Positions 25,146 through 38,445 of a stretch of DNA of 64,000 bases are shown in pieces. The stretch lies in the NCBI GenBank assembly GCA_964270895.1, contig OZ185453.1. One strand, written 5' to 3'. Under the pieces are notes generated by a model. It was given only the letters and a program-made list of their open reading frames with translations, was not told the origin of the DNA and did not search any database. Both the position numbers and the translations under genes were made by a program. The stretch is from Podarcis filfolensis. Taxonomy: Eukaryota. The number at the start of each line of letters is the position of its first letter. Positions within the stretch are counted from its first letter, which is position 1.

Positions 25146-27619
25146 TGGTAACAATATTCTGCTGGCATAGAGTGGATGAGGGAGAGACAGATTTCTTGCG
25201 GTCCACCGTTTTCTTTTAAAATGAAGCAAGAAGAACTGCCTGGCTGGATCAAGGGGAGACCCATCAGTTTTAGCATTCTACTTCTGACAGCAGCAAGATG
25301 ATGGCCATTCACTCTCACCAAACCTCAGAGCCTGGTGCTCAGAAATAGACTGCCCTCGTACATGGAGGTTCTATTTAGCTATCACAGCAAGTAGTGGTTA
25401 AAAAGACAACGTTCTTTCAACCTCCCTAATTCTTTCTGAAGTCTGTAAATTAATTATCATTACTACATCTTGTGGTGCTGATTTCCACAGCGTGAATAAT
25501 TACTTTTTGGTCTCTTCCATACGTAACACCATCCAATTTTGCTTAGTGACCCACAACTGTAGCATGATGGGAAAGGGAGAACAAACAGGATCTTTCTCAA
25601 CTGGGGATGGAGAGGAATTTCAGGAAGGGGAAAGGGTAGGAATAACCTCTCCTAGTTCAGAAATCCCAAGGTCATTATGAGCTAAACCTGACTCCTCCCC
25701 ACTCTCACACTTTCCTTTGGCTCTTAATAGCTTGAGCAACCATCTCATCCACTAGCCCCACCCCCCCACTCCCCCCCACTCTTTAAAAGTTACCAAGGGA
25801 TTTCAAGGTTAAAGCTAATGGCTCTACTACAATATTCTTGCTTTGCTGATGTGAGCGCATAGAAATTTACTGGAAATTGTACATATGTAGCTTTTGTATT
25901 CCTCATGGTAAATGACTCATTTTCCAAGAGGAATTCAAACGCCGCAAACAGTTCCCAGAGTTTAGCATGCCAGCCCTAGCATCAAATGAAATGAACTGAT
26001 GAATGTTTATATGTGCTTGTATTTTCAATCAAGGAACAAACAAACATGTGAATGCTTCTTTCAATCCATGAAAAACCTTCGATTATTTTTTTTTAAAAGC
26101 TCATTAATCTCAACGTTCAGAATCAGAAGCTACAGCTCTTTTAGACAAATGGTTCCAGTTAGAGAAATAAGCCCAGGTTATGCTAGCATTCTTAGAAAGT
26201 AAAAATTATTTGCTGAGATGGGGCAGGATATAAATAAAATAAATAAACACGAATTTAATGCGGCTCATTTTCTCTATAGTTGCTGGGTATCTGCAGCCTA
26301 CTGCTATACATGTTTACTAAGAAACGTCTCCCCACTATTAAGCGTGCATAGGACTCAGGAAAGGGTTGGGTATATTCTAGGGTGCACTTTTGGTTCATGC
26401 AAGATTCAAGTATGGTCAAAACAGCCTAGCCACTGCCCCACATGAAGTGAATGTGCACCCTAGAGAGCATGTCCCCAAACCCACTATTCTCATGCCCATG
26501 GCTTCCACATAAGGCATGGAACAGAGAGGTATAAAGTTTGAAAAGCACTTCCAGCATCATAGGACTTGTCCTCCGTATGCTATTGGATAACGATTCTAGG
26601 TATTTTGTATTGTATATTCTTTTCAATTTTCTGGTTTTTAATTGTTCTGATCTATTTGTATTCTATTTGTTAAATCGCTCTGAGACCTTTTTGGATAAAG
26701 TGACTTAACAAATGCAATAAATAATACGTAATAATAATAGTAATCACAATTTACGTAATTTTGTGGTTAAAAACAATTGCTTTGATTGACTTCAATTTGC
26801 ATATGTTTGTGTGATTATTTAATCACCTTTTGTCTTAAACAAGGAAGCTATGTTTGAGGATCAGCAGCCATGGCTGTAGTTGATAAGGAAACAGGGGGAA
26901 TGTCAAGACACGACACCCCCCCCCCCCGGGTTGGTTAACATGAATTTGAAACTTTTTTTCCAATCTATCACATCTTACCAAGTCTGTGTTGGTGGAAGAA
27001 CACCCATCCAATCTGCTTTTACAATGCCAACATGATTACAACGAATCCAGCTTGGAGACTCGAACCAATAATTCTGTGCCTCACATCTGGTCTGTGTTCC
27101 ACTTGGGTAGAAAAATAGCAGCTGAACAAAGGATTTGCACATACGACAGCTTTGTTTTGCTGCTAGCTACAGTACAGAGTCCCTTGTTCTCCACAAACTG
27201 CTGATATCAGAAGCGCACTCTTTTTCTGCATAAAAAAATTAGAGGCCCACTTACACTTCATCTTTGAACCTAGAAAAATGTTTATTCCCAGAGTGTGTGA
27301 GAGTAAAAATGACCTACCCTCCATGAAGGCCACCTCCTGAGGCAGTGAACAAGGTGTGCCTCTTAACTGGAGGGAGAAGAGTGTGGAGCAGGGACTCACA
27401 CAGAGATGCAAAAGAGCATTCTCCTACAATTTCCAAAATTTCTACATTTTGGGAGTGCTTGAATAGTTCAGCACAATAAATTGACTCCCCTAAATTCTGT
27501 TAAGCTAGTAGCAAGCAGGTACATTTCCCAGCGTCATGTTTGGGGTCATCTGGAATTTTGGAGTACATTGTCTGCAACCTGCTGGTGACACGTAGATCTA
27601 CTTCTCCTTTGCATCTGCA

Positions 27620-28525
27620 GGTGTGGAAGTGGGTGTGCTGAACCACCGTCTTGCCTCAGTAATAGACTAGATGAGAGCCAGTAAACTGAAGCTCAATCCA
27701 GGTAAGGCTGAGGCACTGTTAGTGGGTGGTTCCCCAGATCAGATTGCCTACTCTTGATAGGGTTACACACCCTTCTGAAGGAGCAAGGATGCAGCTTGGG
27801 GTTTTTTCTAGATCCACTGCTGTTGGTTGAGGCTCAGGTAGCCTAGGTGGCAGTGAGTGTTTTCCATCAGCTTCACCCATATCAGGACTGGGTAGCCTAA
27901 ATTCTGTAGTCTATGCTCTGGCAACCTCTAGGTTAGATTACTGCCACATACTATTTGTGGGGCTGCCTCTGAAGATGGTTTGGGAACTTCAGCTTGTGCA
28001 GAATTCAGCAACCAGATTGCTCACTAAGGCAACACGGTTTGAGCATGTAACGCCAATCCTGGCCTGAATGGACTGGTTCCCAATTAGTTTCCAGGCCCAA
28101 TTCAAAGTGCTGGTTTTGACCTATAAAGCCTTAAATGGCTCAAGACCACAATATCTCAAGTACCGCCCCTCCCCGTATTAACCAACCAGGGCCCAGAGAA
28201 AATCCTCTAAGGCCCTTCTTCATGTGCCTCCTTCATGTGCAAGGGATCCAGAGGGTGGAAACACAAGAATGAGCCTTTCTGTGGTGGCTCCTCACTTGTG
28301 GAATGCAGTCCCCTGGCTCCTTTGTTACATATCTTTAGGTGCCAGGAAAAAGCATTCCTATTCTCCTATGCCTTGTCCAATTAAACACTCTATGCTATGG
28401 CCTTTCAAACTAGGGAGTGGGGCGCGGTTGTTTTCACTTGTGACTATGATGGGTACTTTTGAGTTTTTATATTGTAAATCGCCCTGTGATCTATGGATGA
28501 AGGGTGGTGTAGAAATTTAATAAAT
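27620..28525 (+). mobile_element. Degraded L2 LINE 3' fragment
   Basis: Remnants of KLKLNP.K.E, SRLDYC, LQLVQNSA and FKVLVLTYKALNG. L2-type end tgtaaatcgccctg...aataaat. Confidence 0.85.
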
Positions 28526-29628
28526 TATCATAAACATGGTTGCTTGTTTATATAAATCACAAAATAATTATAAATGTAAACAAAGATGGTGCATGCCATT
28601 TTGGTCTTCCAAGCAACTTTTCTAGATCAGGGAAGACCAGGCAGCAGGGGAGGCTGATGAGTTCTGGAGGCATGCTTACTGGAAAAGAGGGGGGGGGACA
28701 GCACACGGCCCTCAGCCACCTTGCAACAATAAATAAAGGAATTCCAAAGTGCCCTGAGAATGGCGGCGGGGGGGATGGAAATTTCTTCCAGGGGAAGAAA
28801 GCTGTTGAGAAACTGAAGGGCAGATTTTTGCGCAACACATGCTGTTACTGACTATCTGCCCAACAAAAGTGAAGGAAAACCACCCCCCAGTATGCACTAT
28901 TACAGGCAAAGGTAGACAAGAGCTGTTGACAGTGATGCTCACATACTGATTTGAAATAAGCACAATATATTTGGCTGTAGGTTTCCAACAATTACGCATT
29001 ATTAAAGGGGTGCTTTGCTTTACCACAGCACAAGATTGCAGGAAGTTTCTCATGTTAGTTACAGGAATTGCACTCTTACATAATTGACAATAGTATTATT
29101 ATTATTAAACAATTAATAAGGTACCTTATTGCTGTATAACTATAGATGGGTGGTGGACACACAGGTAGGCTTCTGCCATTCTTCAACTGCTTGAGAAATC
29201 ATTTTGACTCATGCTACAAAGCTTACAAAGAGCTCTCTGGGGCTCTTTGAACATGGGAGGTCTGGCTCATCTGTGCGCACAATCGAAAGCTGCACATTAG
29301 CAATGCTTTCATGGCAGAGGCGTCCGCAGACAAAATAAGCCATGCATACTGAGAACTGGCTGGACATCTTGAACACACTTCTTGGCTGCGGTTTCCAGTT
29401 CCCGTGAAGTGGAAGAGGTGGAATCAGAGGCCTTTTAGGCATCCTTGCTTCTCTCCACAACCTTAAACAAACCCAGCTTGACTGCATTAAACCAAAAATA
29501 CTTTTTCCTTTAATCCAGACAAGGTTGACCTCATTGGACTTACCATACTCCAAAAACAGATAAGGAACTGGATCCAATCTTAGCCAAGCAGTGTTCATAT
29601 GACCCACCTACCCCACATTCACTAAACA

Positions 29629-29700
29629 CAGAATCATAGAATTGTAGAACTATAGAGTTGGCACAGACCCCAAGGGTCATCTAGTTGAACCCCCTGCAAT
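29629..29700 (-). mobile_element. CR1-type 3' tail fragment
   Basis: agaatcatagaattgtaga...gagttgg...ccaagggtcatctag. Confidence 0.65.
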
Positions 29701-30235
29701 CCAGTGATTGCCTACTAGCTTTGCCCTGTGATTAAGGTGCCTGTTTGGACCATGCCTCTGCAGCAGCTTTGTGAACCGTGCTAATTAGAAAGAGCCCTAT
29801 GTGGACACAGCTATGTGGACACATGTGGGAACCCTGGGCACATCGTGGTTCCCAACTGCAAGGAAGTGCTCCTTGTGTGGAGAGCCCATTCTCACTAGCA
29901 ATCAACATGCACCTGCCATGACCAGGAAATGCGATCTACCTTTCCTCGCCATTGCTTTTGGGGCATGCGTGGAAGAGATGTCTGTACATTCTCACCGAAT
30001 GTGAATTCGGCAACTTGCAATATTTGTCTCCAATATAAGCATCATACCATCACCACTGCCCCGAGTTCTTTCTGTTCAGGCTGCAAATTGAGGCACAGAA
30101 TAGTAGTTACTTTTTCACATACCCATTTAAGACCTCCCCTCACCTGGCTATGATGGTAGCAAGAACATTTCTTCTAGTCTCTTTCCTTCCTTCCTTGGCA
30201 CTTGGTTCATGACTATGGAAGCAACCCAGGCAATA

Positions 30236-30284
30236 GGAAGGAAGGAAGGAAGGAAGGAAGGAAGGAAGGAAGGAAGGAAGGAAG
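30236..30284. repeat. (GGAA)n microsatellite
   Basis: Direct read of sequence. Confidence 0.95.
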
Positions 30285-30458
30285 GTCCAGCTTGCTGCCC
30301 CAACAAGGTATGGGGATGGGAGAGACCTGGTGTTACGGAGGTTTGTGGGAAGGAGGGGACCATGGGTTGGTGAGGGGAGGGATTCAGACACATTTACTCT
30401 CCCATCAGAGGGTTGGGAAGAAGTTAGGTTATTCACGGTGACGAAAGACACTTTTAAA

Positions 30459-30590
30459 CAGGGGCAGCCAATGTCATGCCCTCCAGAAGGTGTTGGACTA
30501 TAACTCCCATCGTACCTGACTACTGGCTAGGCTTGCAAGATCTGACAGGAGTTGTGGTCCAACAACATCTGCAGGGTACCATGCTAACCA
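30459..30590. mobile_element. Diverged copy of the hAT MITE family
   Basis: caggggcagcc...gttggactataactcccatc...ggagttgtggtccaac. Confidence 0.6.
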
Positions 30591-31160
30591 CAAAGTGTAC
30601 TGGAAGTGTTTTGTGCAACCTTTCGCTGCTTTCCAAGGCATTCAGTGCAGAGAATGCTTATTCAAATGACATCTGTCATTGCACCTAGAATGTACATCAG
30701 CCTTCAACCATTTGCTTCACCCATCCCCTGGCCACTCTCACTGGACGAGTTTAACAGCTAATGCAGCTAACTTAGAGCTGATGCCATGGAAGCTTTTAGG
30801 CACAACAGCTGCTTTATTTGGGGGAAGGGGGGATATAGAGCAACGGGAAGAATGGGGAACAATCTTCTATGGGGAAAGGAAAGCTGGAAGGAGATCTGAG
30901 GAGGAATGATTCAAGCGTGGGTTTAACAGGGAGGGGCAGAACGTTACATTTCTTTCCACCAGACTGTAACACCTAGCTTTCACCTGGTTCCAATTTTCAT
31001 GAAACACACCCTGAGAGCATGAAAATCCAATTTGATGGAGGGGATGCAGGCCAAGAGTTTTCGCTCCCTTCCCACCTGATATGCACATTCTTTGTCCCCG
31101 CTTCTCTGCTTGCCTCCTAGGTTTGGTTTCTACAGATGGTGTTTGGGGCTCACTCCACCA

Positions 31161-31340
31161 CATAGAATTGTAGAGTTGAAAGGGTCACAAGAGTTAGCCC
31201 CTGAAATGCAGGAATCCCAGCTAAAGCATTCCTGACAGATGGCCATCCAACCTCTACTTAAAAACCTCCAAGCAAGGAGAGTCTGTTACCTTCCAAGAGA
31301 GTCAGCTTTTACTGTCAGATAGTTTTTCCTGATGTTTAGG
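31161..31340 (-). mobile_element. CR1 LINE 3' end
   Basis: Reverse of the 9878-10100 motif set (catagaattgtagagttg...gatggccatccaacctct). Confidence 0.75.
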
Positions 31341-32500
31341 AACACTTGGAAGGCAAAGATGATGCTTTGCGGCACAATGACTTAAGCATGGGCAGCCTTC
31401 TTCCCTCTGTTTCCTCCTCCTGGGTTTGGACTAGAGCAGAGTTGGGTTCCGGATCCTGCCACTGCTAGGCTTGGGAATGACGGGCTGGTATTTGCAACAG
31501 ACCACAATCACCACATCTCCGAGATAAACATGGCAGGGTTTGGGGGAAAGGGAACACTAGAGGAAAGGGTGGGTGTATTGCACCCCTCCCCACGTTGAGA
31601 TTGTCCTCACTTTCATAATGTTGATTGTCAAGCATGAAAGGAAAGGAAAAGAAATGAAAGAGAAGAGAAGAGAAGAGAAGTGAAAGCTGCCCTTTCTCTA
31701 TTTAGTGAATTGACAAATGGCAATCACAATGATTGAGGATGGAGGACTCTCCCTGGGTAGTGCCATCAATCACTGTGTGCTCTGGGCACAGACAAAAACT
31801 GCCCCGCTCTTGTGTGTCACGAGTCCACTCCACAAGTCCTAATGAGGATCAGCTACTAATGCCCACAGTCATCCTAACTTTGGTTGCACGGGTTGGGCAT
31901 AGGCGTGCCTAGCCTTTGAGAACAGAAAGACACGCATGGGTTACTGCTGGCATTGAGTGCATCTTTCCAATTACAGCTTCTACTCTATAGGAAGGTTATA
32001 TGGTCTTGAATGAAAAGGAAACACACAGAAATATTGTAGCAGACTTTGCTGAATACAAATCGCATGGTAAGGCAATGGTTTCAGGCGAAATCGATGTTCT
32101 CACAGGAAATTGGGGGAAAGCAGACTCTTATTTTTCTGAATTTACTCCAACAAAAGTTGAGTCATAAAATCCACTAAAATGTGTACTATGTAAATCAGGG
32201 GTGGGGACAGTGGGTGGGTGGGGCCAGAGGCAAAAAAACCCCCTGTGTGTTCATCCATGCAAAAAAAAGTATGATCAGAGTTCAAGGACTCATTCCAGCT
32301 AGGCAAAGACACTCAGGGCTGGTAGGGGGTTGTTGTCTGGGAAGAGGGGGTGTGGCCTGGGGAGAATTCTGAGGCTTAGATAAGGAGCCCTGGATTTCCC
32401 CTTCTTTAATGTAGACCCTTGTTGCAGCAGGAATAAAACCCCCGCCTTAGGTGGACTGCCTCTTATATTCCCTCATGTTCTTGCACTGACATTAGGTCGC

Positions 32501-33018
32501 TGTCAGGCCAGGTGTCGGGAGCAGGATCGCAACATAACTCTTTATTCAGAGAAACAAAACAGCTCGGGCCTAGTGAACAACTCTTCCCAGTAGGTCTTGC
32601 CTCAATGAAGCAGTTGCAAGGACTGAAGTTCCCCTGCCATCCCACCACTCCACCCCCTGAGACTTCTTCGTCTTGTCTGTCTTTGCTCCACCCTCTTCAT
32701 TCCTCTTTGGGTTTTGAGAAACCAGGGGAGAGGGGAGCAGGTTGCAGAAGGAGGGGTAGACACCCTGGATTCTTCAGCAGCCTGCCTCATCTCTGCCTCT
32801 TGCCCCCCACTCCTCTTCTGCCTCCGATTCTGGACTGCTCTCTGCCACAGCCTCGTCTTGCTCACTAAACCCTGTTCCCTCTTCAGCTTCCGACATCTCC
32901 TCCCAGTCTGCTCCCACTTCTCCTTCTGACCACTCATCATCATCCCTCCACCAATACCCTTGGGGGTTCCCCAGCTACTGCCTCTCACCACCCCTCTGCA
33001 TCCAGCCAGTCCATGACA
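32501..33018 (-). mobile_element. Solo LTR (Gypsy-like), 518 bp
   Basis: TGTCA...TGACA termini. AATAAA on the minus strand (tttatt at ~32540). Flanks GTCGC/GTCAT could be a decayed 5-bp TSD. Confidence 0.65.
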
Positions 33019-33199
33019 GTCATGAACATCTGTCACGTGAGCTACTGTGTTCATACAGTGGCTGACATTTGTTTCCAGCTGTGGCAAGGCAAAGCTTTTC
33101 CCCAACAGGCTTTCCCCTATGGCAAGGTTTGCTCCCTACCGCAAGCCCCCTTTCTCACTCATTGGGTTTATACAGTTATAAAGCTCCTGGAGAAAGTGC

Positions 33200-33660
33200 T
33201 GAACCATATAAATAAGACGCTATGGAAATGTTTTAAGATTTTCAGAGATGAATATGCTCTTGAACTGTATACCCATTGCATGGAAATTGACAACAGGACA
33301 GCGAAAATGAATTCTACGTGTCCTAATGGTGGCCAAGAGACTGATACTGATGAACTGGAAGAAACAAGGTACGATTCCCCTTAATCAATGGCTTGACAAC
33401 ATGACAACACTGGCAGCATGTGAAAGGGCAGCTTTCTTTGGATAAAGAAAGATGCAGACTTTCTTTGGATAAATACCATGATATTTGGAATGAATTTACA
33501 CAGAATATATTAGGTTACTGACAATTATGTGTGTATTAGGATAATAAGAATATACACATCTGTATATTAATGTATGGAAATATAACTATTTTTTCTTTCT
33601 TTTCCCCCCTCACTCTTTTTATAAATGAAATCTTCTAATAAAATATTAAATTTAAAAAAG
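33200..33660 (+). mobile_element. Old L1 3' fragment (ORF2 C-terminus, 3' UTR, poly-A signal)
   Basis: WKKQGTIPLNQWLDNMTTLAACERAAF* resembles the L1 ORF2 terminal WK...W...M..LA motif. AATAAA at ~33635 followed by an A-rich end. Confidence 0.65.
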
Positions 33661-35332
33661 TTCCTGCAGATAGAACAAAGCTAAGATGGTAAGGGGGCAG
33701 TTGCGGTCAGTGACTCAAAGGTTTGAGCTGGGGAACTTCAGAGCCGAATGAGCTACCACGGACTGTGTACAGCTCTTGCCTCAGAGCCTTTTCCAAGTGG
33801 CACAAGGAATAGGAAAGGTGCAACTGGGCAGGCACAACAAAGTTTCTAGATTGCAAAGCCCAACTGCTAAGAGTGGAAAGCTCCCTTAAGCAAATGGGAC
33901 TTGTTTCCACATAAACAGGAACCGCATTAACTACGGAAGTTTATCTGTATCATCTTAAGCCTCTCTGCGTGTTTATCTAGCGTCTCTGACTTTCCTAGGT
34001 AGGGAACCCTGGGGCTGCGTTGAACAGCTTGAAGAACTCTGAACGATGACAACGTACCCCTAAAGGTTCCCGGCACTGACATCACGATGTCTGTTTTCTG
34101 GCTCGCTGCCAAATCACAGCTGATGACATTGACTGGGAACGGAGACATGCACCGTGTAATGTTAGGGGACAGTGCTACGTTGCACTACATGGGTGGAAAC
34201 TTGGGGGGGGAGGCACGCATGCGCAGCACTCAACGTGGGGCTGTTGGTTTTGGCAGCAACTCCAGATCGCACCAATCCAGATTTATGGCCACATCCAACA
34301 AATAACCTCTTTGGACGTGCATTTTCTTTCTAATCTGGAACTGAATCATGTTCAGAACACAACTGTGGAGCAGCGCCAAGAGTCTGATAGCGCAGGTGCT
34401 AACTAGTTAATCTGTAACCACAAGGAGTCAGCCAGACAAGCAACAGGGTTGTGGAAGGGGGGGAGAACGATGGTGGGGAGAGATTATAAAATAAGCAATG
34501 GGAAATCAAGAGCTCTAAGCCCATTTCAGCAAATCTTGAGCTGTGAAGTGCTTCTTGCTTCCTTGATTAAAAAGAAAAAGATTCAGCAGACAAGGCACCC
34601 CAAGATTTCACATCTTTGCCCCTGGAAAAAAAATCTGCCAAGAGACCGAACATTTTTTAATAACGGGGGAAAGGGAAAGCAAATTGCTAGCCTTTTTCAG
34701 GGGCAGCTGCCAAGAAGATGGAGCCTATTCTTTTATTTATATGAAAGGAGAGAAACATGCATTCACTTTGAAGCTAAAACTGCCATATATCAAAAGAGAA
34801 GAAAGTGTTGCCTGAAAATGAAAATGAAAATTAGCGGAGGGAGAGAAATCAGGGATCCAAGACAAGTGCTAAGGAAGGGGGAGTGGGGAGAAAGGAAAGG
34901 AAAAACAGAGCTAGAAGCATCTGACATTGGACTAAGCAAGGTCAAATGATGTCCCGAGTGGAATTGCAGGGAGATGGACATGATGTGCTCTGAAACGGAA
35001 AAGCAAAGAAGTGGAAAGGAATAAAAGGAATTTTAAAAGAAGCTGCAAATTGGCTTCCTGGCATCTCAATCCAAAACATCTGTGCTATAAACCACACACA
35101 GGATTGGGATGATACCCAATTAAACCATCCTAGATTAGGGATGAACGAATCTATCAAATCAGTTTATCATTTTTTCCACATAAGTTCACAATTTTATTTT
35201 TTTTAAGTATCATGAAAACTTGTCAGTGTTTTAGTGTGCATCTCTCCCAACATTTTTGTACACTATATTAGCGAACATACATATTTTTGCAAGCAATTCC
35301 CCCAATATGATGCCCTTTTGTGTCGCATTTTC

Positions 35333-35449
35333 ACAGAATCGTAGATTTGTAGAGTTGGAAGGGAGCCCAAGGGTCATCCAGCCCAACCCTCTGCAAGGCA
35401 AGAATCTCATATAAAGCATCCACAACAGGCGGCCACCCAATCTCTGCTT
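35333..35449 (-). mobile_element. CR1 3' end fragment
   Basis: agaatcgtagatttgtagagttggaaggg...ggtcatccagcccaacc. Confidence 0.7.
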
Positions 35450-35666
35450 TTTCACCTTTTCTGGTACTCTAGGCTTTTCTGACCATTTTTCACCTTTCCT
35501 GGGATATTAGGTTTTTCTGACAGTTTTTCAATTATTCTGGGATTTGGGGTTTTTCTAACCATCTTCCACCTTTTCTGGGATTTTGCTTTCTTCTCCATCT
35601 TTCACCTCTTCTGGGATATTAGGTGTTTCTGATTCTTTTTCAGCATTTTGGAGTTTTTCCTGACCA
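35448..35666. repeat. Degenerate ~38-bp minisatellite, about 6 copies
   Basis: Consensus approximately ttttcacctttYctgggatattaggtttttctgacca, repeated head to tail. Confidence 0.75.
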
Positions 35667-37272
35667 ATATATTCATTTTTACACACACTTTTCTCTAACA
35701 TGAGCACTTGAATATACATTCTTGGATTGAATAATTACACTGCAAAATTCAGGAAAGCGCAAATTTCAAAGAACAACTGCATTTTGGTTTGAGAAGTGCA
35801 GATTAGCCAAATTTCTCACCCATCACTACATGTGAAGAGCACAGTGTAAAAACCAGCCTTCTTTCAGCTCTTGCCTACTCTCCCAAGGAAATATTCCCCC
35901 TATCCGACCCCAAATCTTACCATTTTGACAAGCCCAATATAAGAAGTATGGTGCCAAGGGAATATTGCAGGTTGGTTGGAGGGTGGTCAAGACTCCACTC
36001 TTGGCCCCCTGCTCTGCTAGTGGCACCCAAGTCGCCTAGTTCAGCATTTTATAGACCTATTTCATTTATTCAATCTATCTGTATGCTGCTATTTCCCACC
36101 AAATCTCAACAGTAAAAAGTTGCTAAAATTTCTTCAAGTTGTAACCGGTATACTTTTATCACAACTGTTTGTGCACTATCTTTTTTTCTTTTAAAAAAAA
36201 AAGATCTATCTTTATGGGGCAATTATAAATTTTAATATAATACAAATAAAAAAGCGAGAACAAAACATTCATTATTTCCAAAATCAAAGCCAGATCTTGT
36301 TCAACTCCTAAGGGGAAGATTAAGAGCTTGCTAAAACAAACACATTTTGAGCTCTCTCCAAAAGACAAGTAAGGGCAAGCATTGGTGAACTTCACTGGTA
36401 AGGCTGCCCCACAGAATAGGAAACACTGCCAGGAATATGCAAACCCTTTCACATTATCTCTACAAATACCTGCTTGTAGCACCATGTGCTTGGGATACTA
36501 ATCTACAAAGGAAATATTTTCAGTGCAGCTCCAAACTACAGTTACACACATCTCATACACTTTCTTTGTCTGCTAGCGGCCTATCAACTTCCCCATTCAG
36601 AAGCACAGATATTCTTAATTAATATGATGGAGATACCCGTAATTTTTCTGCATTGCACCCAGATTAATATCCATAATTAATATCCAAAACAAGACTGTGC
36701 ATTAAATTGCCATTTGTTTCTGTAAGGTTTCTGTAAGGTTGATATATAACCTTCTGCAGCAGACACCTGCTTGCACAATGGCATGTCTGACCTATGTACC
36801 ATCAGGAGGAGATTTTAGGAGGGCAAAGGGAGAGGAGAGGAAGGCCAAGTCCCATTGCGCAAATGGAACTCTACTTGCATAGCACTGGATACAATCCACA
36901 GTATGAAGTTTTCCCAGTTGAAAAATCACTGCTATTCACAGATCCCATGGCAAATAGTCTGCTCTTCACCCCAATCATATTACTTCTTGGGGCTTGCCAC
37001 TTGGGCCTGAGCATCTCCCAATTATCTTAATTGGACAAGACCAAGGGCAACCAGTGAGGAGGGGTGTCACTACAAAACTGGCCTCCCAGTGGCAGTGGCA
37101 CAGCTGCTTACTGGGATAGTGAGGGGCAGGGCACCAATGAGGTCAGGCTAGCACAGGTACACTGGCAGTGTCAATCCGGCACTCCCTCTGGCGCACCTGT
37201 AATGTCCTGCCCTTGCCGCTGTCCTGCTGGGTAAGTGGCAGCGATGCTGATGCTGAGATGTTTAAAACAATG

Positions 37273-37693
37273 GCTGTGGTCACGTTAAAACCATAGTTTA
37301 AGTTTAGCTATGACCTACCCCAAATGTACCACCGCTTCACTCCCGACCTGCTTCCAGGTGCAACAAACTGCAATCCTTGGTTTGTCGCGTCATCCACACC
37401 CAGGCTCGTGCTAATATTTCTCCCAAACAAATCCCACATGGTGAAACTAGAACAAACCTTGGCTGCTGCTGCTTTTGGTTTGTTTGTTTGTTTGTAAGGA
37501 AACAAACCATGAACTAGGCTCGAACAACATGACAAGGCAAAGCTTGTAGCTTGTTGCTCCCAACACAGCACGGTCAGGAGTAGGGGAGAAGTGAAGGGAG
37601 GACTTTTGAGCAGCATACACCAGTCCACCACTGATTCTTGTTAAACCACAGTTAAACATTAACTGTGACTTAACATGACACGCAAACCAAGCC
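37273..37693. mobile_element. Palindromic MITE-like element
   Basis: Loosely inverted ends (ggctgtggtcacgttaaaaccatagtt / aaaccacagttaaac...aaccaagcc) and internal aacaaacc/ggtttgtt symmetry. Confidence 0.45.
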
Positions 37694-38445
37694 GCTGATG
37701 CTAAATTCTGTTATAATTATGGCTGAGATGAAATGATGCACTATTTACTTGGAATATTTCCTGCAGCATCAAAATCTGCTTCCCCTTTAGCAAGGATTTT
37801 TTGGCTCCTGAATGGAAAAATGTTATAGGGCATCCTATAAATATTGGTTTAAAAAAAAAAAAAAACTTTAGCTTCCCTTTCCCCCTTTTTCTGTTAGCTG
37901 ATTTTATTCATCCTCAATAACTTCATCACATCGCCAAATCTTATTGCAGTGTATTGACGTCATCTTGTCCCCTGTATGATAACTGATTGGGAGAGATAGC
38001 GTATGTGACTAATATGACTAATCCAGGAAGCATCACTCTCATTCTTGATAATAGGGTCATAAAATGGGAGGAAGTGGATAAAAATAATTTCAAACTGGGG
38101 AAAATAATAATCTAAAGACTGTGCAAAGATTCAAAGATTTACCTGGCGGCTGTTACCTTTTTCCTTCCTGGATTAGTTGCATAGGTGATTCTGGTTAGTG
38201 GGAATCACATAATAAATGAGACACTATTGTCACACTGTATAGCCAATCAGATGTTACTATGTGATGATATCACTGGGGGTTAAGTGAAGTCAAAAGAGAA
38301 TGAAAACAAGAGAAGCTAAAGTAAATGAGTACAGGGACATTTTTGCAAGGTGTGCTGGAAAGATCATGGAAGAAGGAATTATTATTTTTATACCTAAAAA
38401 TGTTTACAAAAAAACTGAGCCATTCCAGCTCAGCCCCAGCAGATA

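Larger units (their letters stand above)
35136..35828. mobile_element. TAGGGATG-terminated DNA-transposon-like element containing a CR1 tail fragment and a minisatellite
   Basis: Imperfect inverted termini TAGGGATGAACGAA / TTCTCACCCATCACTA. No TSD identified. Confidence 0.55.

Noticed and set aside
32602-33105. 167-aa ORF
   Set aside because: It lies in a purine-rich solo LTR and has no gag, pol or env motifs.
34449-34949. 166-aa Lys-rich ORF
   Set aside because: Product of A/G-rich composition with a GTG start, no domain motif and no convincing splice sites.
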